Origin: Mustelus asterias
Lineage: Eukaryota
Assembly: GCF_964213995.1 (NCBI RefSeq)
Contig: NC_135830.1
Span: 14,632,001 to 14,696,000, forward strand
Length of the DNA stretch: 64,000 nt
Reading direction: 5' to 3'
Shown: positions 27,701 to 40,721 of the stretch, in pieces
Layout: each line of letters starts with the position of its first letter
How positions within the stretch are numbered: position 1 is the first letter of the stretch
Notes under the pieces: generated by a model
What the model was told of the DNA's origin: nothing
The model's input: the letters and a program-made list of their open reading frames with translations, nothing else
Databases searched by the model: none
Made by a program: the position numbers and the translations under genes

Positions 27701-27832
27701 CATATGAACGGAGTGGGAATGGAGGGATACAAAAGAGTGGTCTAGTTTGGACCAGGGAGCGGCGCGGGCTTGGAGGGCCGAAAGGCCTGTTCCTGTGCTG
27801 TATTGTTCTTTGTTCTTTGTTCTTAGTTCTTA
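24701..27832 (+). mobile_element. CR1 LINE, ORF1 C-terminus plus ORF2 (frameshifts, one stop)
   Basis: YKKDG..GTNILAG ORF1 end; ORFs 25038-26114, 26096-26971 and 27023-27745; (TGTTCTT)n tail. Confidence 0.95.
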
Positions 27833-30800
27833 ACCTTAACACAGGCCCGATCCCTGTACAATGCCACACTGACCGCACTAATCAGAGTTACATTCCCAAG
27901 GCCCTATCGCTGTGCCCTGACATACAGACACCACCCATTAGCAGAGTATCTTTACCCAGGTCCTATCCCTGTACCCTGACATATTAACCCCACTAATAAA
28001 CAGAGCATTTTTAGTCAGGCCAAATCCCTATACCCTGACATACTGACCCCACTAATCAACAGAGCAAGTCTGCGCAGGCCATATTCCTGTCCCCTGACAT
28101 ACAGACTCCACTAATCAACAGAGCACCTTTCTCCAGGCCCGATACTTGTACCCTGACATACTGACCCCACTAATCAACAGAGCACCTTTACCCCGGACCT
28201 ATCCCTGGACCCTGACATACTGACCCCACTAATCAACAGAGCGCCTTTACCCAGGCCCTATCCCTGTACCCTGACATACTGACCCCACTAATCAGGGCAT
28301 CATTCCCAGGCCATCGTCCTGTACCCTAACAGACTGACGCAACTAATCAACAGAGCACTTTTACACAGGCCCTATCCCTGTACCCTGACATACTGACCCC
28401 ATGAATCAACAGAGCACCTTTACCGAGGCCCGATCCAAGTGCCTTGACATACTGATCCCACTTATCAGAGCAACATTCCCCAGGCCCTATCCCTGTACCC
28501 TGACACACTGACCCCACGAATCAACAGCGTGCCTTTACCCAGGCTCTATCCGTGTGCCCTGACATACTGAATCCACTGATCAAAAGAACACCTTTACGCA
28601 GGCCCTATCCCTGTCCCCTTGAATACTGACCCCAATAATCAACAGAGAACCTTTCCCCAGGCCGTATCCCTGTGCTCTCACACACTGACCACACTAATCA
28701 ACAGAGCAACTTTACACAGGACCTATCCCTGTACCCTGACATACTGAGCATGTTAATCAACAGAGCACATTTACCAAGGCCCGATCCGTGAAACCTGACA
28801 TACTGTCCCCACTAATCAACAGAGCACCTTTACCCAGGCCCTATCCCTATACCCTGACATACTGACCCCACGAATAAACAGAGTGCCTTAAACCAGGCCC
28901 GATCCCTGTGTCCTGACACATGGACCCCACTAATCAGAGCAACATTCCCCAGGCCCTATCGCTGTCCCCTGACATACTGACCTCACTAATCAACAGAGCA
29001 CCTTTACGCAGGTCCTATCTCTGTACCCTGACATATCGACCCCACTAATCAGAGAAACATTCCCCAGGCCCTATCCCTGTCCCGTGACTTACTGACCCCA
29101 CTAATCAGAGCAACATTCCCCACGCCCTATCCCTGTACCCTGACAGACTGACCCAACTAATCAACAGAGCACCTTCACCCAAGCCCTATCCCTATGTCCT
29201 GACATACTGACCCCACGAATCAGAGCACCTTCACCCAGGCCCGATCCCTGTACCTTGACATACTGACCCCACGAATCAGAGCAACATTCCCCAGGCCCGA
29301 TCCCTGTCCCCTGACATAATGACCTCAAGAACCAAAAGAGCACCTTTTCCGAGGTCCTATCCCTGTACCCTGACATACTGACCCCACTAATAAACAGAGC
29401 ATCTTTACCCAGGCCCAATCCCTACACCCTGACATAATGACCCCACAAATCAACAGAGCATCTTTCCCCAGGCCCTATCCATGTACCCTGAAATACTGAC
29501 CCCATAAGTCAACAGAGCACCTTTACCCAGGTCCTATCTCTGTGCCCTTACATACTGACCCCACTATTCAGAGCAACATTCCCCAGGCCCTATTCTTGTA
29601 CCCTGACATACTGACTCCACTAATCAAACAGATCACCTTTACCCAGGCCCTATCCCTGTACCCTGACATACTGACCCCACTAATCAACAGAGCACCTTTT
29701 CCGAGGTCCTCTCCCTGTCCCCTGAAATACTGACAGCCTCCATCAGCAGAGTATGTTTACCCAGGCCCTATCCCTGTACCCTGACACACTGACCCCAATA
29801 ATAAACAGAGGAACTTTACCCAGGCCCGATCCCTGTACCCTGACATACTGACCCAGCCAATAAACCGAGCATCTTTACTGAGGTCCAGTCCCTATACCCT
29901 GACATAACGAACCCACAAATCAACAGAGTTCCTTTCCCCAGGCCCTATCCATTTTCCTCACATTCTGACCCCAGTAATCAACAGAGCTCCTTTACCCATG
30001 CCCATGCCCTATCCCTGTGCCCTGACATACTGACCCCACGAATCAACAGAGTGCCTTTACCCAGGCTCTATCCCTGTGTCCTGACATACTGACCTCACTA
30101 ATCAACAGAGCACCTTTCCCGAGGTCCTATCCCTGTACCCTGAAATACTGACACTACCCATCAACAGAGTACCTTTACCGAGGCCCGATCCCTGTCCCCT
30201 GACATACTGACCCCACTAATGAACAGAGCACCATTCCCCAGGCCCTATCCCTGTACCCTGACATACTGACCCCATTAATAAACAGAGCACCATTCCCCAG
30301 GTCCAATCTCTATACCCTGACATCATGACCCCGAAATCAACAGAGCACCATTCCCCAGGTCCAATCTCTATACCCTGACATCATGACCCCGAAATCAACA
30401 GAGCACCTTTCCCCAGGCCCTATCCATGTACCCTGGCATTCTCACCCCATTAATCAAGTGAACACCTTTATCCACGCCCTATCCCTGTACCCTGACATGC
30501 TGACTCCACTAATCATCAGAGCACCTTTACCCACGCCCTATCCCTGTACCCTGACATATGGACCCCACTTTTCAGAGCATCTTTCCCCAGGCCCTGTTCA
30601 TGTATCCTGGCATTCTGACCCCACTAATCAACTCATCACCTTTACCCGGGCCCTATCCCTGTACCCTGGTCCACTGACCCCTGTAATAAATGGACACCTT
30701 TCCCCGGGCCCTATCCTTGAACCCTGACATACTAAACACAGGATTCAACAAAGCACCTTACCTCAGGCCCTACCCCTCTCCCGTACCATATTGACCCCAC

Positions 30801-33090
30801 TAATAAACTGAGCACCTTTCCCCAGGTCCTATCGCTGTACCCTGACATACTGACCCCACTAATCAACAGAGCACCTTCACCCAGGCCCTATCCCTGTCCC
30901 CTGACATACTGACCATACTAATCAGAGCAACATTCCCCAGGCCCTATCGCTGTGCCCTGACATGCTGACCCCACAAATCAACAGAGCACCTTTTCCCAGG
31001 CCCTATCCCTGTGCCCTGACATGCTGACCCCACAAATCAACAGAGCACCTTTCCCCAGGCCTATCCCTGTACCCTGACATACTGAGCCCACAAATCAACA
31101 GAGCACCTTTCCTCAGGCCCTATCCTGTACGCTGACATACTGACCCCACAAATCAACAGAGCACCTTCACCCAGGCCCAATCCCTCTACCCTGACATACT
31201 GACCTCAATAATCAGAGCACCTTTACCCAGGCCCTATCCCTTTGCCCTTACATACTGACCCCGCTAATAAGAGCAACATTCCCCACGCCCTATTCCTGTA
31301 CCCTGACATACTGACCCCACTAATAAACAGAGCACCATTCCCCAGGTCCAATCTCTATACCCTGACATCATGACCCCGAAATCAACAGAGCACCTTTCAC
31401 CAGGCCCTATCCATGTACCTTGGCATTCTCACCCCATTAATCAAGTGAACACCTTTATCCACGCCCTATCCCTGTACCCTGACATGCTGACTCCACTAAT
31501 CATCAGAGCACCTTTACCCACGCCCTATCCCTGTACCCTGACATAAGCACCCCACTTTTCAGAGCATCTTTCCCCAGGCCCTATTCATGTATCCTGGCAT
31601 TCTGACCCCACTAATCAACTCATCACCTTTACCCGGGCCCTATCCCTGTACCCTGGTCCACTGACCCCTGTACTAAATGGACACCTTTCCCCGGGCCCTA
31701 TCCCTGAACCCTGACATACTAAACACAGGATTCAACAAAGCACCTTACCTCAGGCCCTACCCCTCTCCCCTACCATATTGACCCCACTAATAAACTGAGC
31801 ACCTTTCCCCAGGTCCTATCGCTGTACCCTGACATACTGACCCCACTAATCAACAGAGCACCTTCACCCAGGCCCTATCCCTGTCCCCTGACATACTGAC
31901 CATACTAATCAGAGCAACATTCCCCAGGCCCTATCGCTGTGCCCTGACATGCTGACCCCACAAATCAACAGAGCACCTTCTACCAGGCCCCATCCCTGTA
32001 CCCTGACATGCTGACCCCACAAATCAACAGAGCACCTTTCCCCAGGCCTATCACTGTACCCTGACATACTGACCCCACAAATCAACAGAGCACCTTTCCT
32101 CAGGCCCTATCCCTGTACGCTGACATACTGACCCCACAAATCAACAGAGCACCTTCACCCTGGCCCAATCCCTCTACCCTGACATACTGACCTCAATAAT
32201 CAGAGCACCTTTACCCAGGCCCTATCCCTTTGCCCTTACATTCTGACCCCGCTAATAAGAGCAACATTCCCCACGCCCTATTCCTGTACCCTGACATACT
32301 GACCACACTAATCAACAGATCACCTTTACCCAGGCCCTATCCCTGCGCCCTGACATACTGACTCCACTAATCAAACAGAGCACATTTACCCAGGCCCGAT
32401 CCATGTCCCTTGACATACTGACCCCACTAATCAACAGAGCACCTTTTCCCGAGGTCCTATCCCTGTCCCCTGAAATACTGACCCCACTAATAAACAGAAC
32501 ATCTTTACTCAGGCCCAATCCCTATACACTGACATGATGACCCACAAATCAACAGAGCAACTTTCCCCAGGCCCTAACCATGTACCCTGGCATTCTGACC
32601 CCATTAATCAACAGAGCGCCTTTACCCGGGCCCTATCCCTGTACCCTGACATACTGACCCCACAATTCAACAGAGCACCTATTCCGATGTCCGATCTCTG
32701 TACCCTGAAATACTGACACCACTAATAAACAGAGCATCTTTACCCAGGCCCAATCCCTATATCCTGACATACTGACCCCACAAATCAATGGAGCACCTTT
32801 CTTCAGGCCCGATCCCTGTACCCTGGTATACTGACCCCACCATTCAACAGAGCATATTTTCCCACGCTCTATCCCTGTACCCTGACATGCTGACCCCACT
32901 AATCAACAGAGCACCTTTACCCATGGCCTTTCCTGTACCCTGACACACTGACCGCACTTATCAACAGAGCACCTTTACCCAGGCCCGATCTCTGTACCCT
33001 GACATACTGACCCCACTAATCAACAGAGTACATTTACCCAGGCCCTATCCCTGTGTCCTGACACACTGACCCTACTTAACAGAGCACCTT

Positions 33091-33666
33091 TGTGGATGTG
33101 GATATATGTGTAGTGATGCTTGGATAGTGATGTCTTCCTTAATTGTAGAAACTATTAATAATCTAATGCTTACAGTATTATAGTATAAGTGAGTATAAAC
33201 TATTGCCTGGCTCCTGGCAGTTGGGTGAGGTCATGTGATGGTATGGCCTTGTTCTGCAAACAACTGCCTGCTATGATAAGCTGAATGCAGCTGCGATCAC
33301 TTATTATCACACAAGTGTTCTGTGTTGCAGCATACGTGCAGAGAATTTGACTGGCCAGTGAAGGGCAGAGGAGTGCATGAAGTATTATTATCCTCTGATT
33401 GGTAACAAGTATATTGGGGCTATAGCTGGTAGGCTATCGGGCCGCTTGCATGCGTTAGAAAAAAAGTATTTGTATTGTAACAAAACAAAGAAGTGCCTTC
33501 AGTCTCCCCTGAGGACTGCAGGCTTTGTTAGCCTGCATCATTAAGGAAGACTGACCCGACGTTGTAACATAATGAACTAAATGAAATAAAGAGGTTGATT
33601 CAACGTCTGGAGTTGAATCGATTTGTTGTCGAACCAAGCTGGATGGAGTGTAATTTGAGATTATCA
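33091..33666 (+). repeat. 5' LTR
   Basis: Direct repeat of 37400-37954; TG start, CA end; AATAAA at 33585-33590. Confidence 0.93.
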
Positions 33667-33668
33667 TT

Positions 33669-33686
33669 TGGTGTCAGAAGTGGGAT
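33669..33686 (+). promoter_or_regulatory. Primer binding site, tRNA-Leu(CAA)
   Basis: TGGTGTCAGAAGTGGGAT is complementary to the tRNA-Leu(CAA) 3' end (...ATCCCACTTCTGACACCA), 2 nt after the LTR. Confidence 0.85.
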
Positions 33687-34098
33687 TCCAACGGTCGGCA
33701 GACGACAGAAAACGGCATTAGAGTGAGCAGCATCGAGTCCGGGACTGAGGAACTGGCCACCCAAGTGTGTGAGTACTGTTGATACAACCACTTGGTTTTC
33801 CTCTGTCCTGTCATTCTGGTGTTTGTTGACCTTTCGTTTGTTGTCGCCAGCCGCCCCGACGGAATAGCCTGTGATTTCATCAGCTTGTGCAACTCCAGGT
33901 CGGTTGTTATTTGGGTCACTGTGAAAACGGTGAGGTATAAAATAAGTAGTCAGTGAATAATTGAGCAGAACCGTAATTCACTGAGGGTCGCCGTTGATCG
34001 GCGAGGGTCACCAGGAAACTGGTGCGGTGGTGATAGAATTGTTAGAGCTCGAATTGAATTTACCGGGATATTGAGTGAATACAACAGCTAGTTTTAAA

Positions 34099-34620
34099 AT
34101 GGGGAACTATTTGGAGACAACCAATCAGACAAATTCAGCCTTACAAACGCTTTGCGAGAAATATCCGGATAAAGCCACCAAATTGAGACAATTGTCGGGG
34201 GCATTGACCCATAAATTAGGGCTATCCGAATGGCCCCCAGGAGGGACCAGAAATATCCATCTTGTTAAAGCTGCGCAGCAACAAATTTGGCGAAAATAAT
34301 ATGGGAAGGAAGATGAAGGAGCTTATAGGATTATGGTTACAACATTGTCAGGAGTTGAAGGAGCAGAGTCACTTATCCAGCTGGCAGGACAATGCTGTTA
34401 AGTTGGGAATAGAATTAATGGAGGGAGGGACTCCAAAACTAGTTGAGGTGTTGAAAAGGGAATGCTTACATAAGAAACGCTCTCTTGAGGATTGTGAGGC
34501 TTCTGAGATAGGGAAAATGATGGATGGCATTAAGGTCACTGATAATGATACAGATAAGGATCTACACCATTGGATGACGGGGGCAACTACACCTCTTCCG
34601 CCTCACCCGCCTCAAGAGCA
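34099..34620 (+). pseudogene. gag: ERV gag N-terminal part (frameshifted)
   Basis: MGN myristoylation-type start, WPPGGT matrix motif and a Pro-rich stretch; then an abrupt jump to RNase H. Confidence 0.7.
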
Positions 34621-35941
34621 GCCCTTGCAGTGATTAAGTGCGCCGCCCATACCGCTGGTAAAGACCCTGTCACTTTAGGTAACCATAGGGCAGATGAGGC
34701 GGCCAAATTGTTTTTTAAAGCTTGTCAGATGATTGTGCCCCGAATGATGATGCAGGGGAAAAGTCTGGACGCAGATGGCCCTGCCTCTGAGAAACCCATG
34801 CCAACCATCGATGATGATCTTCGATTGCAACAGCAAGCCTTGCCTCGCGATAAAGATTTATGGAATGTATTGGGCTATAGGGTGGACCCAGAATCCGGAG
34901 TCTGGATCACCCCTGCTAACCAAACCTGTGTGTCCGATACTTTGGCTCTCTGGGTAATTGATTGTGTACACTTTGCAACTCACTGTGGTGCAAGGTCTCT
35001 TAGTGATTTACTCCTCACTTCCTGGTGGCATCCTCGCCTACAGGCCATGGCACAAAGTCTAAGCCTCCGCTGTTGGATATGCCAACAGCATAATCTGGGC
35101 AAGAGTGCGCCCTGTGACCTGGGTAAGACTCCCCTGCCGGCAGGCCCCTTTGACACCCTGCAGATGGACTTCATTGAGTTGCAGAGATGTCAGGGGTATA
35201 AATATGTCTCAGTAATCGTGGATGTCTTTAGTAAGTGGACTGAAGCATATCCTACATCGGATAACAAAGTGACAACTGTCGTCAGGATTTTACTGCGCGA
35301 AATTGTGCCTCGATTTGGCATCCCGACCTGAGTTCTGACAATGGCCCACATTTTATTGCATAGGTCAATAAGGAGCTGTGCGTCCAGCTGAATATTCGCC
35401 AACAGCTCCATTGCGCTCACCATCCCCAAGCTGCTGGTGTAGTCGAACGTTCCAATCAAACGCTCAAAACCAAGCTGGCTAAACTTGTAGAAACTTCAGA
35501 TCTGTCTTGGGTCAGACTACTCCCTGTAGCTTTATTTCAAATACGAACCACCCCTGCAGGACCGTCCTGTCTCTCGCCCGCGGAGGTCTTGTATGGTCGA
35601 CCCCTGCAGAACCCTTGGGATGATGGGCAACGACGCCCGTTCATTTCCATCATATGACGGATGAAATGACCTCTTATATCCTCTCCCTTACCCACTCTTT
35701 CCGCCATCTCCACTCGCAAGTCCGGGCTGCTCACGGTAAGCCACCTACCTTAACCACTCCCACTAAAGTAAAACCGGGCTCATTTGTCCTTATCAACAAT
35801 TGGAGTCGCAAGCATTTAGAGCCGCGGTGGGAGGGCCCATTCCAAGTCTTGTTAACCACCCCTACAGCGGCTAAGGTGGCGGTTCGCGATGCCTGGGTCC
35901 ACCTCCACCACTGTAAATTGATCGGGCAAGCCGAAGCCTAA
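34620..35941 (+). pseudogene. pol: ERV pol remnant: RNase H C-terminus and integrase
   Basis: VIKCAAH..GNHRADEAAK; HHCC zinc finger; QMDF, SDNG and VER catalytic motifs; PRWEGPFQV; contains stops and frameshifts. Confidence 0.9.
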
Positions 35942-36007
35942 AAGAATTGAGGATGACAGGGAGGAGGATTTTACGGATGATTAGTATGAGAGGCGGTACC
36001 GGGTGAC

Positions 36008-37339
36008 ATGCTCTTTACTCTGTGGTTGTTATGCTTGTCGTTATGTTTTTGTCCCCTCCAGGTGGTGGTCAAGTGTCAAGCTCATCGGCTTGGTGTTCCG
36101 TGTTGTAAGAAGGGAGGGGTTGGGGATGCTCCACAGTTTATGTGTGCCAGGATCACCTCTGCCTGAGTAAGTATTGCCATCAGCATAAATGTAGGTACAA
36201 AGCCCAGAGAGATGAGGTAATCTGTAAGTGTTTGAATTCGACCTGCATAGCTTTGCGAAAAGGGGAAAATCTAATTTGTGGCTATATGAATGGCACCCAC
36301 CTTCATGCTTACGGTAGGGACTTTACGATAGTACAGATTAATGCAGAAGGAAGACTGACGGTACCATCCTGTACAGGTTCCAGATCCCTGTTCTTGGGAA
36401 CCGATGATACCTATCACCAGGTTCGAGCCAACGGGACATAGCAAAAGTGTTCAGAGACCATGTACACTGAAACAGGGTATTTCTTCTTTTTCAATGGTAC
36501 GGCCATCAATTATTTGTCCTACCCTTACCCCCGTTCAGTGGCAACAGGGACCACTTCCCAGCATGGTTCCTTGTCCGAGCCATTGGGGGCCTCCACGTCA
36601 TCGCCATAGAAGGCCAGAGCGGCAGTTATCGGAGGAGGTTTGCACTGACTACAAGGAAATAACTGCCCCCACTCCTGGTCAGGCTGCTGGCTATGGAGCG
36701 GCGGGTTTCTTTTCCTTTGGAGCCGTCCCAGGGCGAACGGCTGCAGATAATTGTAATTACATTGCTTGCGGCCTTACCGCCTTGGGAAACGCTACAAGAG
36801 GGGCCCTCCAGGTCATCACCGCCCAACCAGAGAAACTCAGGCTGTATGCCCAGCAGAATAGATATGCCTTGGATTACCTGCTGGCTCGACAAGGAGGCCA
36901 GTGTGCCATAGTGAAGGATCACTGCATACTGGGACTAGATGAGGTCACTACTAATCTCACTAATTACCTGAACCAAATTGACCAGCAACTAGGGTCGATG
37001 AGAGAGGGCAAGGGATTAGGGGAATGGAACCTGTCAGGATGGCTTGGTTGGTTAATGAATGTGGGATTATATGCCATACTCTTGGTTCTGTGTATAAGTA
37101 TTGGAATTGGCATTGTAAAGTGTCTCATCGCACGGGTGATGACCACCTTGGAATCGATAGGGTCACGACCGACTCAACCGATGATGTTCGCCGCGAGTGA
37201 GGAGGAAAAGGACAAGGAATACCAACCCATACTGGACGACGAGGTGCTGGAGGAAACCCGACGAGAAGTGGAGGCAGAATTGTATGCGGAGGATGAGAGA
37301 GATAAAGTAATATTGGACTTGATGAAAATACAATTGTAA
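36008..37339 (+). pseudogene. env: ERV env (SU frameshifted; SU end and TM open in 36404-37339)
   Basis: Basic RHRHRR site, ISD QQNRYALDYLLARQGG, CAIVKDHC, a transmembrane helix and an acidic tail. Confidence 0.88.
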
Positions 37340-37399
37340 CCTGAATTGAACAAGCCACGACAATGTCAGTGGTTATAACAGAATGATAAAAGTGGGGAA

Positions 37400-37954
37400 T
37401 GTGGATGTGGAAATATGTGTAGTGATACTTGGATAGTGATGTCTTCCTTGATTGTAGAAACTATTAATAATCTAATGCTTACAGTATTATAGTATAAGTG
37501 AGTATAAACTATTGCCTGGCTCCTGGCAGTTGGGCGAGGTCATGTGATGGTATGGCCTTGTTCTGCAGACAACTGCCGAAGATAAGCTGAATGCAGCTGC
37601 GATCACTTGTTATCACACAAGTGTTCTGTGTTGCAGCATACGTGCACAGAATGTGACTCGCACGAGGAGTGCACGAAATAATATTATCCTCTGATTGGTA
37701 ACAAGTATATTGGGGCTATAGCTGGTAGGCTATCGGGTCGCTTGCATGTGCTATGAAAAAAAGTATTTGTATTGTACCAAAACAAAGAGGTGTGTTCAGT
37801 ATCCCCTGAGGACTGCAGGCTTTGTTAGCCTGCATCATTAAGGAAGACTGACCCGACGTCGTTAAATAATGAAATAAAGAGGTTGATTAAACACCTGGAG
37901 TTGAATCGATTTGTTGTCGAACCAAGCCTGATATAGAGTAATTTGAGATTATCA
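37400..37954 (+). repeat. 3' LTR, preceded by the PPT at 37388-37399
   Basis: aaaagtggggaa|TGTGGATG...ATTATCA. Confidence 0.93.
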
Positions 37955-38376
37955 TAACCATTAAACATCTCCCACTGCCTTCTCTTTCTAGTATGCATTT
38001 CTCCCTGATCAGATCCATTCCCCCTGACACTGAGCATAACCCCAGGGACCCTCTCTCCCTGTTCTGTTCTCTCTGTTACCATCCATCTGAAATCACGGAA
38101 AACCCATGGGATCTGCCTTGTTCCCATCTGCCATTTAATATGCAATATTGTTTAGTAGATAACATTTATTTTGTTACTCCTCATATACCACATGTTAATT
38201 CTGAATGCTGCTGTCAGAGGTTGGTGTTGTAAATGGCTTTATGTTTCTGACTTTACATGGCAACGTTTATTTTCTTTGTGTAAGAACGGGAAATATTGTG
38301 ACGGTATCCTGTTAATAAAGAAGTAAAGGTTCAAACTTGACTTCTGTAAACAAACCATTACTGGCCATTAACTGGA

Positions 38377-39290
38377 TCATACAATACCGTGCAACTTAAA
38401 ACAACTGGTGAAAATGGAGAAGGGAAAAAGCAGAACCTTCTTCAGTTCATTTCGGAACTTGGTTTGGGATACTGCATAGATAAAGGTGTTGTTGCAGGAA
38501 CTGAGTAACTGCAGCATGTTTGTAGTTTCTTGAAGGATGAAGTGCGGGTCATTGAAATCCAGGCCGGTGAAGTAGGCCTCACCCGTAATCCGCACGTAGA
38601 GGAAATGTCCGACGTATGTGACCCACAGGAGGAGGAAACTGAGCGAGATAGTGAACAGCAACACAATGGATCTCTTGCGGTTTGCCATCTCTGCATCTCC
38701 ATGATTCTCGGCTCTCCGGAGCCTCCTGCGGGCTCTGCTGGCCACTAAAATGTGCTTCACGGTTAGGGCGTTGGGAATCAGAATGAGGAGGAATGGGAGA
38801 AAGGGCGTTAATATATGGTCCAGCCAGTCATAGGCCTGCCAGGTGGGCAAAGAGTAATAGCTGGACATAATCTCACAGAACCAGGGTACCCCGTCCAGTA
38901 TGTACAAGGGCTGATAGGTGAGGTAGAAAGGAATGTTCTTCACGTAGCTTAGAGTACAGACAAGTCCTATAACCAGCAATGCTGTTTTCTCAGTGCAGTA
39001 TCTGGCCTTTAGTCTCTGACAGCAGATGGCCACATAACGGTCTAAGGTGAAAGCCACTGTCAGCCAGACTGAACCATCCCGGGTTGCATACACCAGCACA
39101 GTGCTGACAGCGCATCCGGGGGTGGTAGATAGGACACTGTACCGAAAATAAATGCCACCTATCCGGTTGAGGATAACAGCAGTAACCATGACAAGAAAAT
39201 CAGTCACCGCTATCGCCACTAGATAGTAAGTGATGCACTGGGAGAGTCCACACCGTCCACGGGATAGGATGATGATCGCCACCAAGTTAG
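38377..39290 (-). CDS. GPR139/GPR142-like orphan GPCR gene 2, coding exon 2 (spliced protein 327 aa)
   Basis: Acceptor tctcttacag|CTAAC; FTLDRYVAICC, TPFLPF and LLSSCNNTFIY; 70+914=984 nt in frame. Confidence 0.9.
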
Positions 39291-39629
39291 CTGTAAGAGA
39301 ATAAAAGGAGAAAGACGTTACCAAGTGGACAGCAAAAAACAACTACTCCCTGATCCAATCAGTTACTGAAACCCTCCTGATCCGTCTATTTGCCACCTCC
39401 AGATTTCAGTTATTCCAAAGCCATTGCTACTTGTTCCACAGCCACTGCTGGATCAAACATTTGTCAATTCATAGAATATACTAATCAGTCCCTGTCACAA
39501 ACACCAGTCTCCGACAACTGATTCAGTTCTTGTGGCTAACCATCATCTGAGGCTGGTAACTCTTTACAATATATGTCCTGTTTTGACAGTGGGCTGAAAT
39601 TGCAGATGCCACATTCCTATGTTGACCAT

Positions 39630-39930
39630 AAGTGGCAGGTGGCACAGTGGTTAGTACTGCTACCTCACAGCGTCAGGGACCTGGGTTTGATTCCAGGCTT
39701 GAGTCACTGTCTGTGTGGAGTCTGCACGTTCTCCCCGTGGCTGCGTGGTTTGCTCTGGGTGCTCTGGCTCCCTCGCTCAATCCGAAAGATGTGCTGCTTG
39801 GGTGCATTGGCCATGCCAAATGCTTCCTCTGTGTATCAAAACAGGCGCCAGAGTATGGGGACTGGGGATTTTCACAATAACTTCGTTGTTGTGTTAATGT
39901 AGGTCTACTTTGTGACCAATAAATAAAAAT
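39630..39930 (+). mobile_element. HE1/V-SINE-type SINE in the intron of GPCR gene 2
   Basis: ggtggcacagtggttagtactgc head, V-domain and A-rich tail. Confidence 0.85.
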
Positions 39931-40721
39931 AAGCACGAACGCAACTTACATTTACTTTCTAATACAGTCCATGGTGTCGCCTGTGCCTTAGCGTAACTTC
40001 GATTAAAATCCTTTATTATATCTCGGCTCACGACCATAGGAATAGGTTCCTGCAGCCTCAGTGAACGGTAACCGACCCAAAAGATTTGTTCCCAATGCTT
40101 ATACTCATGCCACACCCATTCAGCCATCATCACTAAGCTTGCTGAACTATTTTGGACAATTGCCCAGTTCCAGCTCAGTTTCAGTATTCCCTCCACAATG
40201 ATCTATTAAGTCGTTAGCCTCGTCAGCCTCGCCACTCCCTATCCTTGTAATATGCTGCAACCCTAAAGCAATCTGAGCGGCTATCGTACATCTAAATCTG
40301 CCCTCGTGTCAATTCCAGACATTAACGATCCATCGCTTTCAGTTATCATTTTAGCTGCCTACACTCTTTTGCCTGGAATTCCCATCTTCAAATTATCATT
40401 TTTCCTCTCTCTTACCTTATCTAAGATTTATTGAATTAACGTACCGCTTTGACCAAACATTTCGTAATTCTGCTTGATGTACATTTCTCTGGTTCAGTAG
40501 AACTGTTGTATAATATAGCGTGTGTACAATGTTACAGTTATAATTCATATTCCTGCATTCTAATAAACAGTTGTTCAAAAAGTGTGAAGTGCAACATACT
40601 GAACTGCGTATTGCCACACACCATAATGCAAATGGAAGCAATGCACCCGAACACACGAAAATACAATGAGGCCTTTTCACCACCATACAAATGAATAATT
40701 TAACGGGGATTCCTTTCTTAC

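Larger units (their letters stand above)
18651..33090. repeat. 56/59-bp satellite array, interrupted by Penelope and two CR1 insertions
   Basis: Consensus ccctgacatactgaccccactaatc(aac)agagcacctttacccaggccctatccctgta in blocks 18651-21112, 24262-24700 and 27835-33090. Confidence 0.97.
33091..37954 (+). mobile_element. Endogenous retrovirus (class I, gamma/epsilon-like), internally deleted
   Basis: TG...CA LTRs at 33091-33666 and 37400-37954; PBS, PPT, and gag, RNaseH/IN and env remnants. Confidence 0.95.

Noticed and set aside
18651-33090. Array as CRISPR-like or as coding ORFs
   Set aside because: Head-to-tail monomers with no unique spacers, in a vertebrate context; the ORFs are repeat read-throughs
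36404-37339. Domesticated syncytin-like env
   Set aside because: The signal-peptide and SU region upstream is frameshifted, so no full-length env ORF exists
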